Below, in pieces: positions 49,845 through 62,794 of a stretch of 64,000 bases of DNA. The stretch spans positions 13,516,001-13,580,000 of the forward strand of contig NC_086110.1 in the NCBI RefSeq assembly GCF_963921235.1, given 5' to 3'. The notes under the pieces were generated by a model. The model worked only from the letters and a program-made list of their open reading frames with translations, was not told the DNA's origin and searched no databases. The DNA comes from Mobula hypostoma. Its lineage: Eukaryota. A program made the position numbers and the translations under genes. Position 1 is the stretch's first letter, and each line of letters starts with the position of its first letter.

Positions 49845-50338
49845 TCTTGTCACCTCACTATAGGAAGGATGTGGAAGAATTGGAAAGGGTACAGAGGAGA
49901 TTTACCAGGATGCTGCCTGGTTTAGAGAGTATGTATTATGATCAGAGATTAAGGGAGCTAGGGTTTTACTCTTTGGAGAGAAGGAGGAAGAGAGGAGACA
50001 TGGTAGAGGTGTACAAGATAATAAGATGAATAGAGTAGATAGCCAGCGCCTCTTCCCTAGTGCACCACTGCTCAATACAAGAGGACATGGCTTGGAGTGG
50101 GAAGTTCATGGAGGATATTAGAGGAAGGTTTTTTACTCAGAGAGTGGTTGGTGGGTGGAATGCACTGCCTGAGTCAGTGGTGGAGGCAGATACACTAGTG
50201 AAGTTTAAGAGACTACTAGACTGGTATATGGAGGAAATTAAGGTGGGGGCTTATATGGGAGGCATGGTTTGAGGGTCGGCACAACATTGTGGGCCGAAGG
50301 GCCTATACTGTGTTGTACTATTCTATGTTCTATGTTCT
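49845..50338 (+). mobile_element. CR1 3' fragment with a TTCTATG tail
   Basis: SPHYRKDVEELERVQRRFTRMLPG. Confidence 0.88.
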
Positions 50339-50344
50339 TCTGCA

Positions 50345-51100
50345 CCGCATCCCTCACAGTTCAGGAGGCACTGCCTTTTACCACAAACAATATGGGTTGC
50401 CAAAAATCATCGGACTGTTTCGGCAGGTTGCCCTTCAACAATTCTGAGAGGGGAAGCAGTTGAGGGAACCGGAGCTAAAGGACTGGTACGAAAGAGTTTG
50501 AGGCAGGATACGTGGAATATGAGGTGAATCGTCATGGTTCACGAGAGCTGGAGATGATTGGTAACTGGGTTGACGCGTCGCAGGATTTTGAACAGATCGA
50601 TGCAACAAGGGAGCAATTGCTGATTTTAACCCACATGAGGAGATCTCCAGTTGAGATCCAGTTTCGAGCCAGACACAATGATGGAATGAATTGCCGGCCC
50701 GTGTCTTCTCTGGCGATTGGCCTCGTCTTGTTGTGGCTGCCAACTGGCCAACAACGCCTCTCTCGCCTTAAACCATTTCTGGCGACATTTCTAGACCAGT
50801 TGTTCCGTTGATGGCACCCCTCATTCTCTTCTTGTTCCAGAAATAGGGGAGGACGGTACCCAAATTGGCTTTGGAAAGCGGTCATTCTGAAAGACGAATG
50901 CTGAATTGTGTTAAGAACAAAGCTCACCACCCGCCCCGCCCCCCTCCCCCACCTCCGCCCCCGACCGCCAGATCAGGTTGTCATTACAGTTGGTCGGGTT
51001 TCCCGAGGCGCGACATCTGAGTGTTCTCTCAAGGTCCTGGTTAACCTTCTCCATAGTCCATTGATCTACGGATGGAACCCGGACTGGCAGAGGCCACAAT
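50345..51100 (-). mobile_element. Gypsy integrase C-terminal remnant
   Basis: EKVNQDLERTLRC, FGYRPPLF and FKILRRVNPVTNHLQL..FHVSCLK. Confidence 0.75.
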
Positions 51101-51292
51101 GACCTCAGAAAATGTCTTCCAGACGAAGAAAGGGATCGGCTGTATTGTCCTATACTTCTCCTGATAATAGATATCAGCACATCTACTCAACGTGTCACCA
51201 TTAAACCTAACAAGATTCTCTTCTTAATTAAGTCTGCTAAATCACTTTTGTCAGGAACATTATTTATTACAATCCGAACAATATAGGTAACT

Positions 51293-51418
51293 CAAACAAC
51301 AGGAATTCTGCAGATGCTGGAAATTCAAGCAACACACATCAAAGTTGCTGGTGAACGCAGCAGGCCAAGCAGCATCTATAGGAAGAGGCGCAGTCGACGT
51401 TTCAGGCCGAGACCCTTA
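51293..51418 (-). mobile_element. Penelope-derived short repeat, hammerhead truncated
   Basis: The reverse complement keeps AGGGTCTCGGCCTGAAACGTCGACT but lacks CTGANGA. Confidence 0.8.
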
Positions 51419-51869
51419 CAGTAACAATTTGCTTCCGTATTACTTGCTCAAGTAGCTCGCTAACTTTCTGAATTTATAACATTGTACTCTCTATGGCGTG
51501 TGATTCTGTATCTAGCACTTTAAAGGTGATTTTTCGTTGATATGGCTTACAAAGCTTCACGAGTGGCCAGCCGAACTCCAGTCACCGATCTGGACTGCAT
51601 TGCCCACTAATATTGGAAGCTAATTACTCAGAGACTGGAGCTTATCAAAATCTGTGCACAGACAGTCCCAAATATATCCGTTCCAGGTGGGATTTAAGTG
51701 TCACGCTTCAGTGTTCAGGAATTCCCATCTTGAAGCTGATTTTGCCTTATCTCCAATTTTTTATAGTAAAACTCTTAATTAAGTACAGCATAACTGACCG
51801 GCAAATGGTCCCCACCTTTGCTATACCACTATACGGTTTAGAGTTTAAGTTTTGTTTTGTCACATTTTT

Positions 51870-52590
51870 GTCGTATTTCAGAAGTTGTCTGCCTTACACA
51901 CACTAACGAGGTGGCCTATAGAGAAGAAGTCATCTCTCTGACACAGTTGTGTCAAAAAACAACCTTTTCCTCAATGTCGCAAAAACAAAGGAGCTGGCTG
52001 GAGATGACAGGAGGAATGGAAATGGGCGAACTCCTATTGAAATCAACGGATATGTGGTTGAGAGAGTAAAAAGCTTCATGTTCAGCGGCATTCACATCTC
52101 CGAGGACATCACGTGGTCTGTACATACTAGCAGTGTGTTCAAAGAAAGCACAATAGCTACTCTTTCACCTCAGACGGTTCGGGAAATTTGCTATGGGCCC
52201 CTAAGAACTTTCTACAAGGGCACAGTTGATAGCACCCTGACTGGCTGCATCATTGTCTGGTATGGGAAATGTACGTACCTCCCTTATTCGCCGGATTCTG
52301 CAGACAGTGGTGCGCACAGCCCAGCGCATCTGTAGTTGTGAACTTCACATGATTCAGGATATTTTTAAGACAGATATCAAAAAAGGGCACGAAGGATCTT
52401 TGGGGACTCGAATCACCCCAACCACAATCTATTCCAGCTGCAAAAGCTGGAAAACGGTACCGCAGCATGAAAGCCAGGACCAACAGGCTCCGGGACAGCT
52501 TCTTCCACCAGACCAGCAGATTAATTAATTCACGTTGAACCAATTGCATTTTAAGCTATATTGATTGTTCTGTTGTATATTTACTGTACA
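51870..52590 (+). mobile_element. Rex1/Babar-like LINE 3' fragment
   Basis: NNLFLNVAKTKEL, VERVKSFMFSGIHISEDITW and FYKGTVDSTLTGCIIVWYG. Confidence 0.8.
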
Positions 52591-52594
52591 TACT

Positions 52595-53445
52595 GAAGGC
52601 AGGGCGAAGTTAAGATGGCGCTAAACGGCGACTCATTTTCTTACATCTTCGGAAACAGTTTTATTTCAAACTTTGATATTTCCCCTTTCCCTTTTCAGGG
52701 CGTTTGGGGTGGGGGGTGGGGTGGGGGCAGTTCTTTTGAAAATTCTGACCTGCAGTTACGCTCTGACTTTGGTTTTTGCGGGTATAGGACCCTCTCTCTG
52801 GGCCTCACGACCGGCCGCATTTTGATATCCCAAGGAAATTGCCTGGAAGACGATCGTTCCTACAGGGTTCTAGGATTTTTGTAGCTCTGGGGACGTGCTG
52901 ATTCTAGGCCAGTGCCCCTGACTGAAACGTCACAGGGGAACACAGAAGGTTGAAAGAAATTGTTAGCTGTCGGGACTTGTGTGCCTGGAGAGTTGCGCCT
53001 TTATGGTGCTGAATCTCCAGGCGCAGAGCTTGGGAAAAACCGACGCGAAGGACTTTTAACATCGTAAATCAGCGAGTTGTTTGTTACGTCTGATCTTTCG
53101 CTGCCAAACGGGAACGCGTCTTTTTCTCTTATTTGGGAGAGAGAGAGAGAGAATCTTTGGTGTCTTGAATTATCAGGTGAACGAGTAGTTTTTGCTGTAC
53201 AAGTCGCTATCTTCACTGATGCTTTTTTTTTGCTGGTGGGAGTGGGGTGGGAGAGGTCATTGCCTTGCAGCTGCTTGTGTATGGGATGAGTATTTGGGGG
53301 GACTTTGGGGATCTAATGTTTTTACTGACATTCGTCCTTCGGTGCACTCTTCAGCTTTCGTGGATGTCTGCAATGAAAAAGAATTTCAGGAGTTATATTG
53401 TAACCTCAACGTGTGCCAAGATAAGTCAATTCTCAGTGTAGTGGA
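52595..53445 (+). repeat. Unclassified interspersed repeat, copy 2
   Basis: Begins AAGATGGCG and is homologous to 32430-33170. Confidence 0.65.
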
Positions 53446-53448
53446 CTA

Positions 53449-53880
53449 ACACGTTATATTCTCTCTGTGTAGCCTCCAACATGATTGTATAAACATTAAT
53501 TTCTCTCTCGGGTAAAAAAATCCCTCCCCCCTGCCCTCTACATCTATTCCCCACTCTGGCATTTTACCTCTTCTCACTCGTCTATCACTCACCCCTGGCT
53601 CCACACGTTGTGTACCCCTGCTCCCATTTCTCCTAGGGCGCACTACCCTCTCCTCTCATCACATTCCTTCATCTCCAGCTATTTACCGTTTTGATGCATC
53701 TGGCTTCACCTTACACCTTGTTCTACCCTCTATTCTTTCCCCCACCTTCTTGTTCCGGCGTCTATCCCTTTCCTGTTCAGTCCTGAAGAAGGGTCCCATC
53801 CGGAAACATCCATTGTTTATTAGTTTCCATATAGGTTGTCAGTTTTGCTGAGTTCCTTCAGCATTTTCTGTGTGTAACTC
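53449..53880 (+). mobile_element. Penelope-like element 3' end with a defective hammerhead
   Basis: IFSLCSLQHDCININFS ORF end, pyrimidine-rich tract, then AGTCCTGAAGAAGGG...GAAACATC at 53779-53810 with broken stems. Confidence 0.7.
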
Positions 53881-53884
53881 CAGA

Positions 53885-54097
53885 GACGGTTGTGCACGAA
53901 AATCCCAGGACATCAGCAGTTTTTGAGATACACAAGCCGCGCTGCCTGACACAAACAATCATTCCGTAGTCAAACTCATCAGAACCTCTTGACCATATCT
54001 ATCTGTTTCTATGCAGAGTTGCTGCCATGATTAGCTGATCAGATATTTGTATTAACGAGCAGTTACATACATGTACCTAATAAAATGGCCACTGTGT
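53885..54097 (+). mobile_element. Tc1-like right-end fragment
   Basis: Ends GTACCTAATAAAATGGCCACTG, the complement of the TIR-like sequence at about 32010. Confidence 0.55.
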
Positions 54098-55544
54098 GGG
54101 CGTATGATCTGCATGTTGGGCTGCTATTGTAAATTTTTCATTGAACTTGTACTTCACCGTATCTGTGCATGTGAAAATAAACTTGACTTGACTCAATTAA
54201 TAGTAATATTTTTACAAATTCAGTTTCGTTAAGAAATTGAACTATGTTATCAATTTCCTGGTAAACCTTCGAACCAGGGACCACAGGAAATGGAACCACG
54301 CACAGTTTAAACAGAATGTAGGAAACAGGACCAAAATATATTGAATGGAAACACGGAAACTAGACATCTAACCACAAAGGCAAACGTTACCCGGTAAGCC
54401 AGATGTCAAATCATCAGGACTCTTCACTCGTCAGATTATTGGAATTTTAATGTTATTAAACTCGGGTCTGCGGATTTCACAATTCGAACAGTAATTACTG
54501 AAGAACATGCACAATGCGTTACAAGTTTGATCATGCTTACCCAAATAACTCATGCTTACCCAATTTCATCAAGATCGGTAACGGGCGTATTAAACGCTGT
54601 TTATAAATCCCCTCTCTGCTTGTAACTGGATTTAGCCGTAAATCCAGCACATTTAAATTGATCAGATGGCGTAAGCCAGAAATTTCTTTCAAACGTGGCA
54701 CATTGTTAAAGTACAAGCATGATCTTCCACTATTGCAAGCACTCTAAAGTCTGTACAAGGAAAGACATACACACATTCATTCATGAACCAACTAACACTT
54801 TTGATTTTAATACTGCACTTTCATATTTCTCACTAAGAAATAATGTCAACTTCTTAGAATCAACTGTGATTCCAAGTTCTGTTACAAATCTGTCCACATG
54901 AATAGACTGAAACGAGAGACACAATCAATATTTAATTGTAAGATCCGTAACAATAAGTTCTGCTCAAGAAGTAAAATTGTACACAACAGATGGCTATCAG
55001 GCCCACAAACGTAACCAAGTTCCATCTGTTTCAGGATTTTGAACACAGATGAGTATTTCTGATATTCCGAAGTATTTAAAATGCTATAAAGATATACTGT
55101 GGGAATTAAAATTACTCAAAATGTTTCAATGTATGAAAGAAAATGAAATAAAACAGTAGAATCCCTTAAAATTATCTTAGGTCATTTAAGTGATCTCAGC
55201 AAAGTCCTCTTACAGCCTTTCAGTCACATTTACATGAATGAACTCACTGATCGCGATTTCTTCCATGATATCTACCCGGTCATTGCATCCACCAATGTCA
55301 GCTTGGCAAATTCTGGGAATAAGGTACCTTCAAGTTCAGTAACTTTCATGAGGAAAGCACAGGCACTGAGAGATAACGAATCAGAATCCAGTTTAATTTC
55401 ACCTGCAGATGTTGTAAAACTTTTTAAGTTAGCCGCAGCAGTATTAAGCAACGCAAGTCAAAAAAAAACATATAAGTCAATTCAATTATATATATAAACA
55501 TATATATGTGTTTGTGTGTGTGTGTGAATGTATATATATCCGTG

Positions 55545-56982
55545 TTTTCATACTCCGGTCTGTGAAGTCCATATTCCAGTTCACGGTACGGTCCATCGAC
55601 CCTTGCTATAGGGATTTCCAATCTACCCTGTTTCTGTCCTTGTTGAGCTAATTGAGTCAGCTGATGCTAGTTGGGGCTGGCTGCATAAATACCTCCAGAG
55701 ACCGGGGCGTGATTGCTGGATTATTCTTGTCTTTACTCCTTGGATTCCTTCCTCTGCCTTCTATTTCCTCACCTGAAGCCCTGCCAGTCTCGCGGGTTAC
55801 TCTCGCCTCGCCTGAAGTTCTGTCTCGCCTTGCTTTGCCAGAAGCCCTGCCTTGTCTTGCCGGTAACTCTCGCCTCACCTGAAGTTTTCGTCTTGCCTTG
55901 CTTTGCCAGTAGCCTTGTCTTGTCTTGCTGTCTGGTCCTGGAGCCACCCTGTACCTAGCACCTTTCCTGTCCCTTGCCTCCGCCCATGTAAGCCAGGCCG
56001 TCTTGCCGTTACCTGGGGTTGGTTCTGTCCCTTCCTGTTCCTTGCCTCCGCCCAGTTAAGCCAGGCCGTCTTGCCGTTACCTGGGGTTGGTTCTGCCCCT
56101 TCCTGTCCCTTGCCTCTGTCGGGTGGTTATCCGCGCCCTGCCCATGAGGAGCCAAGTCTCAAGTCTCAAGTCTCTTGCCTCCAACCTCCAGCCTCGCCTC
56201 GCCTCAAGTCTCCAGCCTCGAATCGCCTCAAGTCTCCAGCCTCGAATCGCCTCAAGTCTCCAGCCTCGCCTCGCCTCAAGTCTCCAGCATCGCCTTTAGT
56301 CTGAAGTCTCCAGCCTCGCCTCTAGTCTCAAGTTTCCAGCCTCGCCTCTAGTCTCAAGTTTCCAGCCTCGCCTCTAATATCAAGTTTCCAGACTCGCCTC
56401 TAATCTCAAGTTTCCAGACTCGCCTCTAGTCTCAAGTCTCCAGCCTCGCCTCTAGTCTCAAGTCTCCAGCCTCGCTTCTCGTCTCAAGTCTCCAGCCTCG
56501 CCTCTAGTCTTAAGTCTCAAGCCTCCAGCCTCCAGCCTCGTCTCTAGTCTCGTCTCCAGCCTCCTGCCAAGCCTCACCTCGTCTCTTGCCTAGCCTTGAA
56601 CCTGAAGATTCCAGCATCTAGTCTCTAGCCTCTAGCCCCTTGCCAAGCCAAGTCTCTAGCCTTACGCCTCTAGCCTCTCGCCTAGCCAAGTCTCTAGCCT
56701 CTAGCCTCAAGCTTCAAGCCTGTAGATTTCTGCCTCGTCCTGCCTACCTGCCAAGCCTCGTCCTTGCCTAGTTCTGGGGTCCGAGTCAGAGGCAAGACCG
56801 AGGTACTGTGTCCTTGTCCAGTCTCTGGCTCGGAATCCAAGCCCCGGCCTCCTAGCTCTCTTGTTCAATCCTGTTCCATGTTCCTGGTTTTCCTGTCCAT
56901 GTCCTGGCCATCGCCCTGTATCCTAGTCCTGTCCCTAGTACTTCAGTGTCTGTGACCGTTCACAGCCACCGCCCGTATGACA
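55545..56982 (+). mobile_element. Solo LTR of the 13513 family, with 24- and 26-bp minisatellites
   Basis: Colinear with 13513-14797 and ends TGACA. CCGTG lies on both flanks (55540-55544, 56983-56987). About eight copies of CCAGCCTCGCCTCTAGTCTCAAGTYT at about 56310-56515. Confidence 0.85.
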
Positions 56983-56987
56983 CCGTG

Positions 56988-57000
56988 TGACCGTGTGTGT

Positions 57001-57045
<45 letters not shown>
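56988..57045 (+). repeat. (TG)n microsatellite
   Basis: Directly visible. Confidence 0.95.
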
Positions 57046-57047
<2 letters not shown>

Positions 57048-57129
57048 CGCATTAGTTAAATTAAAAATAGTCCAAAAACAGAAATAATACAAAGTTGGAT
57101 AATGTTCATGGTTTCAATCTCCATTTAGC

Positions 57130-57410
57130 AATCGATTAGCAGAGGGGACTAAGCTGTTCCTGAATCACAGAGTGTGTACCATCAGGCTTCTGTACCTTCT
57201 TCCCGATGACGACAATGTCCTGGATGATGGAGATCGTTAATAGTTGTTGGCGGCTTTTTGAGACACCGTTCCTTGAAGATGTCTTGGATAATACCAAGGC
57301 CAGTACCCATCATGGAGCTGACTAATTCTACAACTTTCTGTAGAATCATTTGATCCTCTGCAGTAGACCAACTCATCTACCAGGCAGTGAGCAGCCTGTT
57401 AGAATTATCA
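57130..57410 (-). mobile_element. Rex1-like LINE 3' fragment
   Basis: LQKVVELVSSMMGTGL..IQDIFKERCLKK. Confidence 0.7.
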
Positions 57411-57776
57411 CCAAAGTGCAATAAAGTAGCAATTTAGTATCAACTCTCTTGCATTTCACATCAAGTTTTGGCCCATTGGATACAAACACCAAGCTAAAGA
57501 TAGCTTGTGAGTTGTATTATCCAATGTCACTGGTTAGTTTTAATACAAATATTTGCTGAGTGTTTCCCATCTCCATTCTGGATCTTTACAACTACAGTTT
57601 TAATCTTAGCTCAACATAATACTCTGAACACTCTTTCTTGAATTATAGATGATGCTGTTGGATTCTGCTTTACAAAAAAATAAAATTCAATCAAAACAAT
57701 TCTAACAAGAATTTTTACTTCAGCGGTTTCTGTTCAAACGAAAGATTCAAAATATAGAACACAACAAAGTATCAAT

Positions 57777-58751
57777 TGTCACGTACCCCGTGACGGGAAT
57801 AAAGAACCAGCAGAAATAGAAAACGGTTTGGAGTCACGTATTGCTATAAACTAACTAATATTTATGAGTAACTACGCAATACAGTAATATCAATGTAAAT
57901 AAATCACACAGGTTAGCAACGATTATATATAAAATTAAGTGTGGAATATATATGTATGAAAACAAGTTTCTTTAAATCTAGGGGTATAAAGATACAGTCT
58001 TACGATGTTGACTAAAGTTCAGTTCAGTTCAGTTCGTTGTATTCAGTTGAGAAATGATGGAGAGAGAGAGAGAGAGAGAGAGAAAGAGCGAGTTGAGTCT
58101 TCAGGTGAGCTGATGCCGTCGATCTTCTCGTCGTCCTCCGAAATCCTTTACAAGTCACCGACTGTGACTTTAACAGGGGGACCGGTTTTCCTGTGGTGGA
58201 GCTATCACCCCAGCAAGGGTGGACACATAGACAACACCCCACCAGTCAACCCCTTCTTCACCGTTGGAATAGCAATTTGTTTCGATCCGCCTGATCAATG
58301 CTCCAAAACCCACTTTCTCTGCGGGCACAACAATACTCATTCAATGTCCAGATCATGTGACTGACGTCTGTATCATCTGACCTCCTATTTATCTCACCAG
58401 GCTGAGCATCACCTCTCATTCAAAGAGGAGTCCCTCCTTCTTTTGTCTGTAAAGGAAATGCACAAGCAGACAACAAGTCCTTGAAGAAATATCAACAACC
58501 TGCTGAAAATCATAACATCGAGTGTCCATTAAATAACACCGTCTTCGGTCACCATAGGAACTTACGAGCTGCTCGGTGCTGTCTCTAACTCCAACCTCAG
58601 TAAAAATCCAAAGTTACTTCCAATGCCTTAAAGTAACAGTCCAACCGTTAATCGTCGTCTCTCTCTCCTTTCCAAACAAACCATCAATGATGAATGTCTC
58701 TCTCTGTCTCTCTTCAAACAGTTAATAGGGGCACTCCTGGATCCCCTCGCA
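57777..58751 (-). mobile_element. Full 3' LTR (975 bp) of a Gypsy element
   Basis: On the minus strand it starts TGCGAGG and ends CGTGACA, preceded by a PPT (AGGAAGGGGAG, 58752-58762). Confidence 0.85.
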
Positions 58752-61700
58752 CTCCCCTTCCTCAGGGAAAAAAACTGTCGAAGACGATTTTTTTCAATAT
58801 CTATCACAGGGTTTTAAACAATACAGGGAATAACATCATAGACAAAGCAAAAATGGTTACAGTTTTCAACTTATCTTCTGGATAACTAATCAGCTATGAT
58901 GTTATCAGTACCTTTGACATGTTTGATTTTTAAGTCACCTTCCTGCAATATCGGACTCCAATTTAACAACCTTCTATTCTTATCCCTCATTTTAGTTAGA
59001 AACATCAATGGATTATAACCCATGTAAACCACAAGTGGTCTCTGAGCAAGGGAAAGGTTTTGAGATCTCAGATCATAGGCCTCAAAATGTTGTAAAGCCA
59101 GAATACCTGCTAGCAATTCCTTTTCAAAAGTTGAATAATTCTTCTGGTGTACATTAAAGTTCTTTGAGAAATAAGCTACTGGATGTTCAATGTCATCCAT
59201 TCCCTTCTGTAACAGTACTGGCCCAGCAGCTTCGTCACTAACACCTGTTGTTATAGAAAATAGCTTTGAAAAATCAGGTGTTTTGAGCACAGGATAATAA
59301 CGCACGACTGTTTCCAGACGTTTAAATGCCTCCTGGCAAAGTTCATTCCATTCAAATCATTCACTTTTCCCTAGGAGCTTTGTTAGGGGGAGAGCGATGT
59401 CAGCAAGGTTCTTCAATAACTTTCTATAATACTCAATCGTTCTTAAACTCCTTCTTAAAGCTTTCTTGTCGGTTAGAACAGGAACTTCAGCAATAGCTTG
59501 AATCCTGGCCAGTACAGAAGCCAGCTGGCCTTGGCCCACCACATAACCCAATATGTAACTTTCGCATGGCAAATTCACTTTTAGCAAGGTTCACAGTAAG
59601 AGTGGCCTTGGAAGGTCTGTCAAACCGTTTTTCCTCAGCTGCAATACGCTCTTCCCACGTATCATTCCAGACCATTAAGTCATTGATATCAACCCCTGTG
59701 CTTTCTAACCCTCCAATCACAGAAGTTATCATTCTTTGAAATGTTTCTAGAGCATTCTTCATCTCAAAGTGTAAAACATTGTATTCATACAGTCTAGACG
59801 GTGTCACAAATGCTGATATCTCTTTAACCCTCTCTGTTATAGGAACACCCCGGTATCCTTTTAACAAGTCAATCCTAATAAGGTATTTAGACTTCCCCAC
59901 TCTATCAATGCAGTCATCCATTCTCTTTCTTTGTTCATTCTTGTTTCTAATTCCTTGATCAACGCTTTTACTTTCCTCAAAGTTCACTTTGTGAAGATGC
60001 CATTTCTTAAGGTGGGCTAAATTCATAATGATGTCATGCACTGTACCTGTGCTCCATTTCAAATCAGCAATTAGTCCTTTACTTGTTTTTTCGGCTTTGG
60101 ATCCAACTGGTGGACATTATCAGTAATATTTTCCAAAACAATGGAATTTTGACATCTGGATGAGTCTAGATTCAGTGAGTAAACATGCCTTTCCATTCCA
60201 TTATCAGATTTCACGATTCCATTTTGTCCTACAACAATTCTCCCAGCTGCAATTCCAGTAACCAAGTGTCTTATTTAGACTCGACCATTTTGTAAACCTT
60301 GCTTAGCAAAGTCACAATGCTTACTAATTCACCTCCAGAGTTCTCTGAGTAGGGTCAAAGGTCCTTTTGGCCTGTAACTGAACACAGGTTCCAACATATT
60401 ACCCTTCACTGCCTTCTGAATCGAATCTCCAACAATAAATAAAAGGAGGGGAACCGCTCGTTCCCATTTTCCTCATTTCTCACACGATGATGTCCACCTA
60501 AAGGCATACTGTAAGCCATGTTTAAAATTTCAGCCTTGTAACCTTTCAAAACCACCACGTGACTTGCAGGCACAGTAGCTAGTCTCCACTTCTTCATCAA
60601 CATCCCATCTTTAAGGTAATATCCTACAGGCTCTCTCTGAACCTTCTCTCCTCTGAGAGCTATCACTCTTAAAACCACCATTCCAGAATCTTGCTTCTGT
60701 TCCTCGATACATTCCTTTCTCAACAAAGACAAGCCTTTCTTATACACCTTACCCTTATCAATTGTACTACCCTCTAAGTCCTGCTGAAATCTGGAAGGTA
60801 GAACAGTCTGTGACACATCATTATAATTTAAACCCCTGGTTTCCCTATCATAGGTCTCAAAAGCAACTTTGCTCATTAGCTGAATTGCTGAAACACTCTC
60901 ATCTTGGAGAGCTGTCAACATACCTCCATTGTTTATTAAACTCAGTACCATCATCAGGATGATCAGAATCAAGAATACATTATGAAAGAGACCAAGTAAA
61001 CTACCCATCTGATTACGACCTATACTTCGACTTGTATCCACAGCAACTTCCACTCCAAAACCACAACAATTCTCCTTTTCCTCCCCCATAACATCACCCT
61101 GAATAACAGCACGACCTTGCAGGTGCTTAAATGTCCAAACAAAATCCAACATAGCGGCACAGCAACTCTCAGCAGCCCTTTGTCCTACAAGAAGGGAAAA
61201 ACGGTCGCGCAACCAATCCAACCTTTTCCAGCACTTTATCCAAAAGTCCAGGAACAGCGTTTTTCCCATTACTTCCAGCAACATTGACCTCACCAGCTTT
61301 TAAATCACGGTCTACTACAAATGATTCAGAATCCCCACATTCCACTGCTACAAAGGTTAAACCCTTACTCACTGAACCAAATCCATCTGACACAAAAGGA
61401 CTACATTCCCTTTCAACCAAGTCAGAAAGCTCAGACCTCAACTGAGCCTCAACATAAGGATCAGAATCCTGTGAACTCACAGGTACTACAACAACCTTGG
61501 CACATTCCAGCGGAACAACTGCCTCTTCTGCGGTGTCATCACTTGTCCCAGTTTCATATTCAAGGTCATCTCGAACCTCCCAACTATTCTCTTGCCAACT
61601 GCTTTCTGGAGTAAACTCAACTTCTTGGGTTAAAACTTCGTCTGTTTTCTTAACAAGCCCCTTCAGGGTAGGGGCATCCTCTGCCACCGGTAATGCCCTT

Positions 61701-62278
61701 ACCTCATCAGGAACACAACTTTTGAATTCATCACACAAAACTAGCCCTTCCGAGCTGTAAAAATCATCAGGGTCCGACACTGAACCTCCTTGCTGCAACC
61801 TCTCCCTTTTAAACTGCCTCTGCCGTTCTGTCACGTGATCTTCACGTTGTCATTTCTCCCTCTCGAGCTGTCTCTGTCTTTTTGCCTTTTCTCTCTGTCT
61901 TGCTGCTTCTTCTCTCCGTTTCTCAGCCTCTCTGACCTCCCTCTAGAGCTGTTTTAATTTCCATTCATGCTCCCTGTTTAATATTTCCAACAGAAGCTGT
62001 TCTCATCCTCAGTAGGTTCACATTCCACGATCAACTCTGACGCCTGCTCATCAAATGTTCTCTTAGCTATATAATATTCACTATTTTTTCTTTGAATACC
62101 TACCTTAGTCACACCCTTCTTTACATCAATTGTCAATTTTTTAGCAATATCCCGCAACTCATACGTTTTAGCTGACTTTCAAAGCACCAGATCTGGTGAT
62201 TTCAGAAAGTCTCTACCTTCCATTTCTGCTGTCTTTCCACACAACCAAACCAAAAGTTTTGTTATGTGGAGAAACTCC
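58752..62278 (-). mobile_element. Gmr1-like Gypsy interior, copy 1 (gag, PR region, IN zinc finger, RT, RH), decayed
   Basis: gag start MEGRDFLKSP near 62225; EILNMAYSMPLGGHHRVR at about 60480-60540; RT RMDDCIDRVG...SAFVTP; RH EHPVAYFSK...HVKGTDNIIAD* ends about 120 bp before the PPT. Confidence 0.85.
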
Positions 62279-62794
62279 CCGCCAGTCAACCCCTTCTTAA
62301 CTGTTGGAATACAAATTTGGGTCGAGCCGCCTGATCGATCCTCCAAAACCCACTTTCTCTGGGGGCACAACAATGCTCATTCAGTGTCCAGATCATGTGT
62401 CTGAGGTCTGTATCATCTGACGTCCTATTTATCTCACCAGGCTGAGCGTCACCTGTCATTCAAAGAATCCCTCCTTCCTTTGTCTGTTAAGGAAATGCAC
62501 AAGCAGGCGACAAGTCCTTGAAGAAATATCAACAACCTGCTGAAAATCATAACATCGAGTGTCCATTAAATAACACCGTCTTCGGTCACCATAGGAACTT
62601 ACGAGCTGCTCAGTGCTGTCTCCAACTCCAAACTCAGTAAAAATCCCAAATTGCCTCCAATGCCTTAAAGTAACAGTCCAACCGTTAATCTTCGTCTCTC
62701 TCTCCTTTCCAAACAAACCATCAATGATGAATGTCTCTCTCTCTCTCTGTCTCTCTTCAAACAGTTAATAGGGGTACTCCTGGATCCCCTCGCA
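62279..62794 (-). mobile_element. Shared central LTR, truncated
   Basis: Matches about 58240-58751 and is joined directly to the gag leader. Confidence 0.85.

Noticed and set aside
55247-55402. Splice-bounded minus-strand segment (cag|GTGAAATT...TCA|GTGAGT)
   Set aside because: Stops in all three frames and no homology to the receptor exons.
56176-56520. Regular short repeats that might suggest a CRISPR-like array
   Set aside because: Contiguous tandem units with no unique spacers, inside a eukaryotic LTR.
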